Shown: positions 55,134-64,000 of the stretch, piece after piece
Position numbering within the stretch: the first letter of the stretch is position 1
Layout of the letters: each line of letters starts with the position of its first letter
From: Nitrospirota bacterium
GTDB lineage: Bacteria > Nitrospirota > UBA9217
Reading direction: 5' to 3'
Length of the DNA: 64,000 bases
NCBI GenBank assembly: GCA_963845065.1
Contig: CAWJQQ010000006.1
Coordinates: 96,001 to 160,000, forward strand
The notes under the pieces: model-generated
Seen by the model: only the letters and a program-made list of their open reading frames with translations
Database searches by the model: none
Told to the model about the DNA's origin: nothing
Made by a program: the position numbers and the translations under genes

Positions 55134-55162
55134 ACGTTATCAAAAACACAGTTTTCTGTCAA
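55134..55162 (-). promoter_or_regulatory. sigma70 promoter of tusA-yeeE
   Basis: TTGACA-N17-TAACGT with TG extension. Confidence 0.55.
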
Positions 55163-55227
55163 CACTCGTTTTCGATTTATTACAATAAAATAAGTATTTA
55201 GGATAATTATAACAAACAAAGACTTGC

Positions 55228-55611
55228 TTATACTAGTGAAAGTATAGTTAGGCAGATCACTGCTGCAAGTAGTCCGAATCCTGTTGCAGCGACAGCCTTG
55301 CGATATCGGAGAGCCTTTTTTTTACTATTATCTAAAAACGGTACCAGAAGAAACGCACTAAAGGCCAAGCCTGGAAGCAATACTGCGCCCACGAAGGTCC
55401 ATCTGCCAGGAAAGTACTTGGTAAGCTGATAGAGAAAGAGGAAATACCACTCAGGTCGGGGACTGAACTGGGCCAAGAAATCTACCTCCCTGCCTACTGC
55501 CGGAGGAAACAGGACGGCAAGCAGGAGTACCACCTCGATGGTGAACAATGCGATAAGGGTGATCTCGAAGAGATATACGGGGAAAAAAGTGTTCTCGTTT
55601 TTTTTGTCCAT
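55228..55611 (-). CDS. cytochrome b C-terminal subunit (subunit IV-like)
   Basis: FFP, PRPEWYFLFLYQ, LVPFLD. Confidence 0.9.
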   Translation of the reverse strand: MDKKNENTFFPVYLFEITLIALFTIEVVLLLAVLFPPAVGREVDFLAQFSPRPEWYFLFLYQLTKYFPGRWTFVGAVLLPGLAFSAFLLVPFLDNSKKKALRYRKAVAATGFGLLAAVICLTILSLV

Positions 55612-55753
55612 CCAAAAACCACTTTTCCAAATTTGCAAAAAAGAAGTACTTACAAGCGACCTCGATGAATAGCCCCGAGATCTTTTGTCTTCACTTTACG
55701 TCATAGTTCTTCTATCGTTCATTCCGCACTTCGCATTTCCCGTTCCTCATTCG

Positions 55754-56398
55754 CTACATCCCTCCCGATATTCCCACTCTTCTTAATATATGGAAATGCA
55801 CCCACAAAAAGAAACCAGTGAATATCGGAAGCCAGAGAACGTGCATGCTGTAAAATCGGAGGAGGGTCTCTCCGGTCACTTCGGACCCGCCGCGAACAAA
55901 AGACGCCAGAAAATGGCCGATAAATGGCACTGAACCAAGCATATTAGTGCCCACAACCGTGGCCCAGTATGCCTTCTGGTCCCAGGGCAATAAATAACCA
56001 GTAAACCCGAATGACATCGTCATCATGAACAGCAGCGCCCCGGCAACCCAGTTCAATTCGCGCGGATTTTTATATGAGCCGGTAATGAAAACTCTTAAAG
56101 TGTGAGACAGGACCATCACAACCATCAGGTTAGCAGCCCAATGGTGGGTCGCACGGAGCAGGCGACCGAGCGGCACGACTTGGTGCAGTTGCTGGATGCT
56201 CCGGTAAGCCCCAGATTCAGATGGAGTGTAGTACAAAGAGAGGAGGAGACCGGTGAGCAGTAGCAGGATAAGGAGCGTGAATGCTATTCCGCCGAAGCAG
56301 TAGAAGTAATTGATCCATCCGGGCACCGGCTTGTCCATGATGCGGCGGTGCCTGCTCGTGAATCCCATGCGTTTGTTAAGATAGTCTAATAAATTCAT
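55754..56398 (-). CDS. cytochrome b6-type subunit
   Basis: YCFGG, heme-ligand His in HHWAAN, SHTLR, MHV and VHF; GYLLPWDQKAYWA. Confidence 0.93.
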   Translation of the reverse strand: MNLLDYLNKRMGFTSRHRRIMDKPVPGWINYFYCFGGIAFTLLILLLLTGLLLSLYYTPSESGAYRSIQQLHQVVPLGRLLRATHHWAANLMVVMVLSHTLRVFITGSYKNPRELNWVAGALLFMMTMSFGFTGYLLPWDQKAYWATVVGTNMLGSVPFIGHFLASFVRGGSEVTGETLLRFYSMHVLWLPIFTGFFLWVHFHILRRVGISGGM

Positions 56399-56469
56399 CG
56401 TAGTCAATATTACCGCGGAAACACTGAGAATTACGCTTTATGTCTTCTGTGTCTCATTACAGAACCTTC

Positions 56470-56922
56470 CTATACCTTGACCCCCACCATCAGCATGCCG
56501 CCCTGCATCATTACCGGAAGTCGCGTGAGAGGCGCGGGAGGTGGGCCTGCAATATTCTTCCCCAAGAGATCGTACCTCCCTCCGTGGCAGGGGCAGACAA
56601 ACTCACCCTTGTCTTTTTGATAATTAACGAGGCATCCGAGGTGGGAGCATACTGCGGAGAAGATAGTCGGCCCTTCCGCAGACGATACTATGAACACCCG
56701 CGCCTTCCTTTCTTTGCCATTGATGGAAAAATTGAGTTCAGTTTTTTTTACACCGGTGCGCGGGACTTCATCTTCGGGGATGAGAGGAAAGAAAGTAAGC
56801 TTTCTATCACGAGCAGCAAGAGGAGAGGCAATTTTTATCGCCGGGATCAGAAAGCCGAGACCAAGCAGTGCAACGAGAGCGTAGAGCGCTTTTTTCGAAA
56901 ATTCCCGCCGGTTTGTTTCCAT
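56470..56922 (-). CDS. Rieske [2Fe-2S] protein
   Basis: NRREF Tat-like anchor; CSHLGC and CPCHGGRY; GPPP. Confidence 0.95.
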   Translation of the reverse strand: METNRREFSKKALYALVALLGLGFLIPAIKIASPLAARDRKLTFFPLIPEDEVPRTGVKKTELNFSINGKERKARVFIVSSAEGPTIFSAVCSHLGCLVNYQKDKGEFVCPCHGGRYDLLGKNIAGPPPAPLTRLPVMMQGGMLMVGVKV

Positions 56923-57165
56923 GAGTGTTTATACTACGATGGATAGAAAGAGTCAACCGTGAAACAATGGCAGAAGTTGACAGGCTCTTGCTCAAATAGA
57001 TTTGGTGTTTCGACTTTCTGCGCACGAATTAGAATAGTTTCTGACATCAATAGCTGTACCATTCACCTTCGTATTGCTGAAGGGTGAACGTTATTTTAGC
57101 TACAAACTGAGATGTATTGCATCGGTAGAGGACGCAGTCTGTGAAACCCACTCCTCAATGACATA

Positions 57166-58578
57166 TTAATCTGTGACCATCGTCGGCGTAATGAAAATCA
57201 AAAGCTCATCCTCCGTCTTGGAGGTACTTTTATTCTTGAAGAGCCAACCCAGGATCGGTATATTGGACAGAAACGGCACTGCTGATTCAGATATGGCTTC
57301 ATTTTTGCTGATAATTCCACCGAGCACGATCGTGTCGCCGTTGTTCACGACTACCTCAGCGGATGCGTCGCGTTTAGAGATCGTGGGAATGCCGTCCACC
57401 TCATTCGAAAAATCAGGCTCCGATTTTTCCACATTGATCACCATGGATATCTTATTGTCGTTCGTTATGTTAGGAATAGCCGAAAGCGAGAGGCTTGCGG
57501 ATATGGTTTGAACTCCGGCGGTATTTGTACTGCCAGCACTGGTCTGCGCTGTGGCGCTTACAATTCTAATCGGGATATCAGTACCGCTCGATATTTTCGC
57601 TTCCTTACCATTAATAGTCCGCACCTTCGGGTTTGAAAGTACTTTCCCGTTGCCTGTCGTCTGCATGGCCGACAGTTGGAGATCGAGCACGTTGCCGGCG
57701 ATCTTGCCGAAAGACATCCCGATCGCGCCGCCCGAACCAATCCCCACGGCAGCAGGTAGGTTCACTGCATAGGCATTTCCGCTCAACCCAATATCGCCGG
57801 TAAGGGGGTACAAAACCGTGCTACCGATTCCCGCCGACGTCGATCCGCTCGTGCCGCCAGCCGTTGAGCTGCTATTAACACCCGTAGTCCCACCGGTAAC
57901 AACCGCGTTGCTACCAGTATACTTGCCGCCCCATTGCACCCCGAGGTCCCTCTCATAATTCGTTGACACTTCAACAATTTCCGCCTCAATCTGAATTTCC
58001 GGGATATTCACATCAAGAGTTTTCAGTAACCGGGCCATGTCGTCGAGATTAAGAGAAAGATCTCTTACCACAATCGCATTAGTTCTGCTGTCGATCGACA
58101 TCTTGGACAGCCCGGTGCGTGCTGGACCTTGAATACCTGACGCGCCATCACTTTTCAATTTTTCAAGAATAGGGAGGATATCCTGGCCGCGAGCATGCCC
58201 GAGAGGGAAAACCCTAGTCTCCATATCAATGTCACGAACTTCAGCCACCGAAAGGACACGGACCATGTTTGCATCCCTCACGTAAGTATACCCTTTGGTC
58301 TTAAGGATTGATTCGAGAGCGGCCCACAAATCGACATCTTTGAGACTCACTGTTACCTTTCCCGTTACGGAGTCGCTAACAATGATGTTCAGGTTGGCCG
58401 CCTGACCTATGGCGCGTAGCACGTCCTTTATATCCGCATCCCGAAATTCCATGGAGAGAGGCGATGTAGCTCCCGTGACTTCTATCGTATCGGCATAAAC
58501 GTTGCCGAGCGCCAGTAAAAACAAAGAGACCATCAGCACAAAGATACGGCCAAAACCCAAAGATGGGATTGCTGCCAT
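57166..58578 (-). CDS. pilQ: type IV pilus secretin
   Basis: EFRDADIKDVLR, DSRTNAIVV, IEAEIVEV, VPFLSNIPILGWLFK, ELLIFITP. Confidence 0.92.
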   Translation of the reverse strand: MAAIPSLGFGRIFVLMVSLFLLALGNVYADTIEVTGATSPLSMEFRDADIKDVLRAIGQAANLNIIVSDSVTGKVTVSLKDVDLWAALESILKTKGYTYVRDANMVRVLSVAEVRDIDMETRVFPLGHARGQDILPILEKLKSDGASGIQGPARTGLSKMSIDSRTNAIVVRDLSLNLDDMARLLKTLDVNIPEIQIEAEIVEVSTNYERDLGVQWGGKYTGSNAVVTGGTTGVNSSSTAGGTSGSTSAGIGSTVLYPLTGDIGLSGNAYAVNLPAAVGIGSGGAIGMSFGKIAGNVLDLQLSAMQTTGNGKVLSNPKVRTINGKEAKISSGTDIPIRIVSATAQTSAGSTNTAGVQTISASLSLSAIPNITNDNKISMVINVEKSEPDFSNEVDGIPTISKRDASAEVVVNNGDTIVLGGIISKNEAISESAVPFLSNIPILGWLFKNKSTSKTEDELLIFITPTMVTD

Positions 58579-58592
58579 AAGCGCCTACCTCC

Positions 58593-59015
58593 CTACTTCC
58601 GAATGGAAAAGTTCTCCAGAGAAATTTCTTCACTACCACCCGTGCTGTTTCTGAGTACGATGCTGCGCGGGTGGATATTCACCAATTTCTGGTCTCCCAC
58701 CATACTGCCTTCACTGACCAGCTCACCACCGATGATTGCAATGCGAACATTCTGGTTGTAAATAATTCCCGTGAGTTTTCTCTCAGGCGCAGACGCTACC
58801 GGAGCGATTGCAGCTCCTTCAAAAGGCTTGGTAAAGGGATCTCTGCCCCATCCACCGCTGTCTTGAGACGTGATCGTTACTGAAGAACGAGGTCCCTCGT
58901 CAAAGAATGGATCGCGTTCTTGTTCGGCTTGTTGGGCCAGGGCGACGTTTGCAAAAAAAGTCGCTGTCATCAGACTAATGAACAGTATCTTCATATTCTT
59001 ATACATCATTGTCAT
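58593..59015 (-). CDS. PilP-like assembly protein
   Basis: Two RDPF motifs, LTGII, AIIGG; position between pilO and pilQ; start uncertain. Confidence 0.7.
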   Translation of the reverse strand: MTMMYKNMKILFISLMTATFFANVALAQQAEQERDPFFDEGPRSSVTITSQDSGGWGRDPFTKPFEGAAIAPVASAPERKLTGIIYNQNVRIAIIGGELVSEGSMVGDQKLVNIHPRSIVLRNSTGGSEEISLENFSIRK

Positions 59016-59180
59016 CTTATATAGGAGCAAATTTCAGTTTGCATTTTTCCCATTTTATTTTCAACTCTCGTTGAAACCTTCGGCCATAAAGAAGGATTTT
59101 GCAATATTTGGAAAAATCACGCCACAATCACGCGATGGAAATCACAACTAAAGCCGCATCCACCAATCCGCATTGCAGAC

Positions 59181-59717
59181 CTACTTCGCCATATAGGTGA
59201 CCGCTTCCAACTGCGTCGCGCATGACGAGGAGGAGTCCGGACAGGCCTCGACGCGGAGCTTTTGTATATTCACTAGCCGCGGCTGGTGTTCTATATGTTT
59301 AAAATACTCTGCCAGTTCCCGGTACCTCCCTTTGAGGTCAAGACTCATGATCACTTCCTTGTGGTTATCCTTTACAATTTCCGGGGAGGGGTGAAGGGAA
59401 ACCAGGTTTACCCCCTGACGCCGCGCCTCGGCTGAAACGTCTTCCAGGACCAGAATCACCCCTTTTTGGTCCACCAGCTGCCAACCCTGTGCACCTGCCT
59501 TGATGTCCGCTGCCCGAGCTCTAAGATCGGCAATCTGGAGGGAAAGATCAACGATCGAGTTATTCGTGGCGTCAATGTTCGCCATCAGTGCCAAAATTCT
59601 GCTCTGAGCAATTGCATAGGGAAAACGGTATATCAGCACTCCGGTAAGCGTCAGCATCACGAGGAACATAAGAAGTCGCTCGCGCTGGGTAAATTTACGC
59701 TGGAATAATTGAGCCAT
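59181..59717 (-). CDS. pilO: type IV pilus PilO
   Basis: TQRER plus TM, coiled coil, GRYRELAEYF, PRLVNI. Confidence 0.85.
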   Translation of the reverse strand: MAQLFQRKFTQRERLLMFLVMLTLTGVLIYRFPYAIAQSRILALMANIDATNNSIVDLSLQIADLRARAADIKAGAQGWQLVDQKGVILVLEDVSAEARRQGVNLVSLHPSPEIVKDNHKEVIMSLDLKGRYRELAEYFKHIEHQPRLVNIQKLRVEACPDSSSSCATQLEAVTYMAK

Positions 59718-60292
59718 CAAGGCACCCCTTGGGACTTTTTCACGCCGCAATGGATTTCGAACCCGACCACATCTCGGCCTTGTAGCGTGGATTTTTGCGC
59801 ATACACAAGCTCCGGCTTTTCAAAATATCCCGACTGCTCCATGGCAAGCATAAAATCCGATATCAATCGATAATTGAAGGCTCCACCTCTGATCTTAATC
59901 TCCGCCTCGCCTACCGAACTTCCTTCAAGGCTATCAAACCATACACCGTGTGGAATAATTAGAGAAAACTGTTGGAAAACGTCTGACCATAAGACCCGGT
60001 CTTTCAAAAGGCTCTGGATCAGTGCTGCCTGCTCGGTATTGACGCCCGCCGATGCCGCAGTCAACCCTAGCTCTGCACGAATCGCGGCAAGCTGCCTTTC
60101 GAGGACCTGTTTTTGAGGCATCAGCGATTCAAGTCTGGCTTGCAAGTCCATCCATTGCTTGGCCTTCAATCCGAACAGGACAAGCCAGACGAGCACAAAA
60201 AGGGTACCTGCGACCAACCAGGGACTTAGGGCTTTGGCCGTTTTCTTCTCTTTCGCTGGCAGGAGGTTGATGAATTCTTTGACCGTTTTCAT
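59717..60292 (-). CDS. pilN: type IV pilus PilN
   Basis: INLLP motif, TM, IPHGVWF. Confidence 0.88.
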   Translation of the reverse strand: MKTVKEFINLLPAKEKKTAKALSPWLVAGTLFVLVWLVLFGLKAKQWMDLQARLESLMPQKQVLERQLAAIRAELGLTAASAGVNTEQAALIQSLLKDRVLWSDVFQQFSLIIPHGVWFDSLEGSSVGEAEIKIRGGAFNYRLISDFMLAMEQSGYFEKPELVYAQKSTLQGRDVVGFEIHCGVKKSQGVP

Positions 60293-60355
60293 AAAGTTTC
60301 TATTATTTTTACTTTCTCTTCCCAGCTTTGCATCTTGAATAAGAATCCCAACTTT

Positions 60356-61381
60356 TCACATCTTCCTAAGTGCCAGACCTACGGCTGCTGAAAAACGCGG
60401 CGCCAGGGGACCGAACTCCTCCCCGATTGCATCCTTGTATTTCAACTCACTAAAGGGATCGCAGAGCTCAACCGGAAGACCGAGAGACTGCGAAAAATAT
60501 TCCGGAAGCCCCTTCATGAGAGTAGCTCCACCGGTCAAGACCACTCGATCCAATGCTTTTTCTCGACATGTCGTCCTGTAATACTCGACGGAGCGTCGGA
60601 TTTCCATAAGGAAAGAGTCGAGCCTGCTGACAAGCGCAGCAACGGTTTTATTCTTTTCTGGAGGCGTCAGCACATCTATATTTCGCTTGAATGCCTCAGC
60701 GTCCTGAAGGCTTATATTCAGATCGTCTGCCACGATACGGGTCATATCGGCTCCGCCTGTTTCCAAGCAGCGGCTGAAACGGAGAATCCCTCGTTTGAAA
60801 ATATCGATTTCCATCTTTCCCGCCCCGATATCCACGGCAAGGGTGTCCGCTACGGCATTCTCACCATGGATAAAGAGGATATTTCGAAGCGCCAATGCAT
60901 TCGCGTCTACGGCCATGACTTTGACGCGTGCGTCGTCAAAAGGAAGAAGATGCTCCCTTACCTTGTGCTCGTCGGCTGCCACCATGACAAGATCAATCTT
61001 GTCTACTGTCCCTTCTTTTTTTTCACCCGTGATCAGGTATTCCACAAGCGCTGCATCGAGCGAATAGGAAATGTGCCGCTTTGCTTCCCACCGAACGGCC
61101 TCGCTTAATTCGGCGAGCGGCATCTTTGGTAGGGTAAGCGAGCGAATGGTAAGATCCTTGCCAGGCACCTGGGTGATGACGTTCTTGCGACCGATCTTCT
61201 TCTCCGACAGTAAATACCGAAGGTCCGTGCCAATGGACTCACTCGCAGCGGCATCAGGCGGGAATTCGATAATAGCGGCAGCGACAAGCGTCGGACGCTT
61301 ACCCGGCTTGATCGTCACTGCTTTGATGCCGCCTGCACCGATGTCGATACCTGTTATTTCACTCAACCCGAATAAACCCAT
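60356..61381 (-). CDS. pilM: type IV pilus PilM
   Basis: GIDIG, VDIGA, LTGG, AVGLALR actin-like fold. Confidence 0.92.
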   Translation of the reverse strand: MGLFGLSEITGIDIGAGGIKAVTIKPGKRPTLVAAAIIEFPPDAAASESIGTDLRYLLSEKKIGRKNVITQVPGKDLTIRSLTLPKMPLAELSEAVRWEAKRHISYSLDAALVEYLITGEKKEGTVDKIDLVMVAADEHKVREHLLPFDDARVKVMAVDANALALRNILFIHGENAVADTLAVDIGAGKMEIDIFKRGILRFSRCLETGGADMTRIVADDLNISLQDAEAFKRNIDVLTPPEKNKTVAALVSRLDSFLMEIRRSVEYYRTTCREKALDRVVLTGGATLMKGLPEYFSQSLGLPVELCDPFSELKYKDAIGEEFGPLAPRFSAAVGLALRKM

Positions 61382-61628
61382 AATACATTATCCTAATTCT
61401 GAAAAGCTTGTATAAGGCGGATACTTGCACAGCATGCGGCACGATTATAATTTATATAAAATGCTTTTACGGAATAACTGTTTTAAGCATCGCTGTTGTA
61501 TTTTTATAATTGTGCATTAATTTTATTTCCACCCATTTTATCACAAATTTAATTAGAAAATTACGGGTAATGTAAATCAACTCTGGATCTTAATTTATGA
61601 TATGTCACTCACTGCCTTACTCAACGCT

Positions 61629-61871
61629 TCAAGATCTCGACTTTTCGATCTTCAATTCTTCCGCGGCCATTTGAAAAGCTGTCTTGTGTTTATATCCGCG
61701 TTGAAGGTATTTCCAAATAACTTTAATACGCTCGAAATCCTGTTTGCTGAATTCCCTTGCCTCCAGATCACCCATGGGAATCCGCTTCGGGTGGACATAC
61801 CCCTTCTGCTCAAGGTAATACAGCTTGTGCCTTGGAATATTAAGTGTATTAATGATTTCGGCAGTCTTCAT
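61629..61871 (-). CDS. short MerR-like HTH protein
   Basis: MKTAEII...LYYLEQKGYVHP...REFS; no effector domain. Confidence 0.8.
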   Translation of the reverse strand: MKTAEIINTLNIPRHKLYYLEQKGYVHPKRIPMGDLEAREFSKQDFERIKVIWKYLQRGYKHKTAFQMAAEELKIEKSRS

Positions 61872-61950
61872 TAAAGGTCCCCGCCCTATAGAAAGATAAT
61901 ATTAAAGATAAGTCCAGATTTGAGTTTGTTTTTCTACAGTTACCTTATTT

Positions 61951-61979
61951 AGCATAGTACGGAAAATTCTATTTGTCAA
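61951..61979 (-). promoter_or_regulatory. sigma70 promoter of the MerR-like gene
   Basis: TTGACA-N17-TATGCT. Confidence 0.65.
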
Positions 61980-62629
61980 GAAATAACTAGAAAAATATTC
62001 GTTTTACGAGATAAACAAGATCACTTGCGGTATTACCACAGCAGGAATGGTCTCAATGCGAACAGCCATAATATATGACACAAGGCAATGTTAAAGCAAT
62101 ATGCAATTATCTCATTCATGGGCACCGATCCGATTTTGCCCTTTCCGAAGTCGCGTGCGTGTCCTACTGTAGTAAATGTCGAGCAAATGGCTCAGTGACA
62201 ACTCTATAATAGCCGATTTGGACGACAAGGAGCCGAAGATTATCTGGTCCCAACTCCGCGGGGGAAGATTCGCGCCGAGAACGCGCCTCACCAGTGAGAC
62301 CTAGTTCAGAGGGGTGACTAGTGCATTGTCAAAATACTTCATAATAGTTAAGGGTTTTTATTACACACTCTTCCGAAAGGAGGTACATTTGAGTCAAAAA
62401 AAACTTTTGTGTCCAGTTGATTGAGCATGAACGTATCCGATTGCAAAGGATCATACGGTCAGGCAAACAAAAGTCGCGCAAAAATGACGCGATGCCAAAT
62501 CTGATAACTCGCTTGTAGACCCAACGGCAAGGCAGATGAAGAAATCTCCGATTCATTGAACGTCTGTCCGACCATGATATTTCATTCAGACGACGTTATT
62601 GCCAGAAGGAATTGGAAAGGCTCTATTCT

Positions 62630-64000
62630 TCAATTTATCAATTCACGCCAATCAACTACAGCTAGGCCTTGAGGTCTAAGAGCTACTGCGCTGTAAGCCC
62701 AGTAAGGATCTTTTGATAGAGTCCAGCACGTGGTTACATTTACTGGCGCCGCTCCTGCCCCCGCTGCTTCGTAAGATCCAGCACCTCGCATAAACTCGGT
62801 TATTGGTACGTTATTAACAATAGTGTTCCACCGCGCAGTTTGACCACCGCAAATTGCATTGGTAAATGTTGAATTCTGGGTTGCGGCCAGAGTATCCACC
62901 ACCATGTCATTACTAGTGGCGGTAGTAATCGGTAAGGATGGATTGTTACTCTCTCCTACACTGTCAACAGGAAGAACATCCAATGGGTTCGCCTGATTAA
63001 CGTTATATAGGGAGATGGAACCGCCTACGGCCAGAATCGCCTGGCCTGACAAATCTACTACTACTGGTAGATTAGTCCCGCCAGGTGGTGATACTAAACC
63101 CCACTGTTCAACCCTGACATTCGTCCCGTTACTGGCGTTCAGCAAAGTGAGAGGAACAGAGTTATAAGTCACGCTCGTTACTGACTGGTTTGTTGTGTCA
63201 TAAAGTGACACCCCAACGATGAGCATCGTGTTTGCTCGCGTAGTAGAAACAGTTTGAGTCCATGAAAATGTCGATACATCAGTAAATCCTGCAGGTTGGT
63301 CCCTGTTATCGTACCTTACTGCAGCGTTTGCATTATTACTTAATCCAGCTCGGATTGTTCTCCGAGCATTCCCGACAGTGCCTGTGGACGTAACTACATA
63401 TTGATAAATATTTCCAGTTGCCACTGCATGGGTAGCCGAGACAGTTCCTTGATAGCAACGGGTGCAGTTATTAAAAGAACCGGGGGGGCCCATTGTATCT
63501 CCCGTACAATAGAACATCTCCGTGCCGATCGTGATAATGCCCGGCATTAGAAAATTATTACCTGCATAGCTGGAATGGATAGTGACCGGTGATGTGCAGT
63601 TATTAGCAAGTGCGGTCGTCAGCGAAGCAACTGGATAGACAGCATTACCGATTGCATGGGCCGCAGTTATATTAGCCACACCGGTAAAACTATTGCCGGT
63701 TGACCCGGTATAGCTGATGGTGTCAGCGTCAATAATGATCCAGCCAGGTACGGCAACAGAGCCTGGGTAGAAACCGGCAGTAGATTTGACGTTAATGGTA
63801 GTGTTGCCTAAATTAACCGCAGCGGTAAGGTATGCTGGGGTGCTTGTTAAAAATTGCCCGGCGCCAAGGTTCTTTGATACTCCTCCCATTGAGAAATTCG
63901 GAAACGTCCCGAAGTTCAGGATATATTCGATTCCTCCCTGGGCCACTTGTAATGCCTGTGTAGATTGTAGATTATTTACTGCAGTGACGCTACTGGTGTT
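62630..64000 (-). CDS. PilX/MshP-like minor pilin with large C-terminal domains (5' end outside the window)
   Basis: Frame open to the edge: NNLQSTQALQVAQGGIEY (PilX-N motif), VTSTGTVGNARRTI, terminal DWREL. Confidence 0.7.
   Translation of the reverse strand, partial: NTSSVTAVNNLQSTQALQVAQGGIEYILNFGTFPNFSMGGVSKNLGAGQFLTSTPAYLTAAVNLGNTTINVKSTAGFYPGSVAVPGWIIIDADTISYTGSTGNSFTGVANITAAHAIGNAVYPVASLTTALANNCTSPVTIHSSYAGNNFLMPGIITIGTEMFYCTGDTMGPPGSFNNCTRCYQGTVSATHAVATGNIYQYVVTSTGTVGNARRTIRAGLSNNANAAVRYDNRDQPAGFTDVSTFSWTQTVSTTRANTMLIVGVSLYDTTNQSVTSVTYNSVPLTLLNASNGTNVRVEQWGLVSPPGGTNLPVVVDLSGQAILAVGGSISLYNVNQANPLDVLPVDSVGESNNPSLPITTATSNDMVVDTLAATQNSTFTNAICGGQTARWNTIVNNVPITEFMRGAGSYEAAGAGAAPVNVTTCWTLSKDPYWAYSAVALRPQGLAVVDWRELIN

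Noticed and set aside
61446..61460. Per-box-like TTATAATTTATATAA upstream of pilM
   Set aside because: Very AT-rich context makes a chance match likely
62255..62325. tRNA-Sec-like words (GGAAGAT; CTGGTGAGGC)
   Set aside because: No TCA anticodon arm, T-arm or acceptor stem

Overview
Bacterial chromosomal window, mostly minus-strand genes. The gene content (atp operon without atpB/atpE, ahbD, b6-type Rieske/cytochrome b complex with separate subunit IV, PerR-FprA-rubredoxin, TusA/YeeE/DsrE sulfur relay) fits an anaerobic or microaerophilic diderm, possibly Nitrospirota or a deltaproteobacterium-like lineage (inference). Housekeeping genes: atpF'FHAGDC, uvrA, nadB, pfkA, nagA, ampG, pilMNOPQ. 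Accessory highlights: (1) a five-gene synthase-dependent exopolysaccharide-like operon (HEAT protein, processive GT2, TPR-glycoside hydrolase, Tat-exported CE4 deacetylase, TPR-beta-barrel with an exact 602-bp internal duplication); (2) an ORF-less, decayed group IIC intron directly behind the yeeE terminator in the sulfur-relay cluster; (3) a tnpB-only IS200/IS605 element whose empty site can be rebuilt in frame, plus a tnpB stub and two ORF-less hairpin elements; (4) a His-rich ribbon-helix-helix-like protein behind an AEC transporter; (5) a CFI-box-CTERM surface protein paired with an outer-membrane barrel; (6) many pseudogene remnants (GGDEF, EAL, PAS sensor, Slp, RND adaptor, RadC). No rRNA, tRNA or CRISPR array was seen. 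All family calls come from motif reading by eye, not from database searches.
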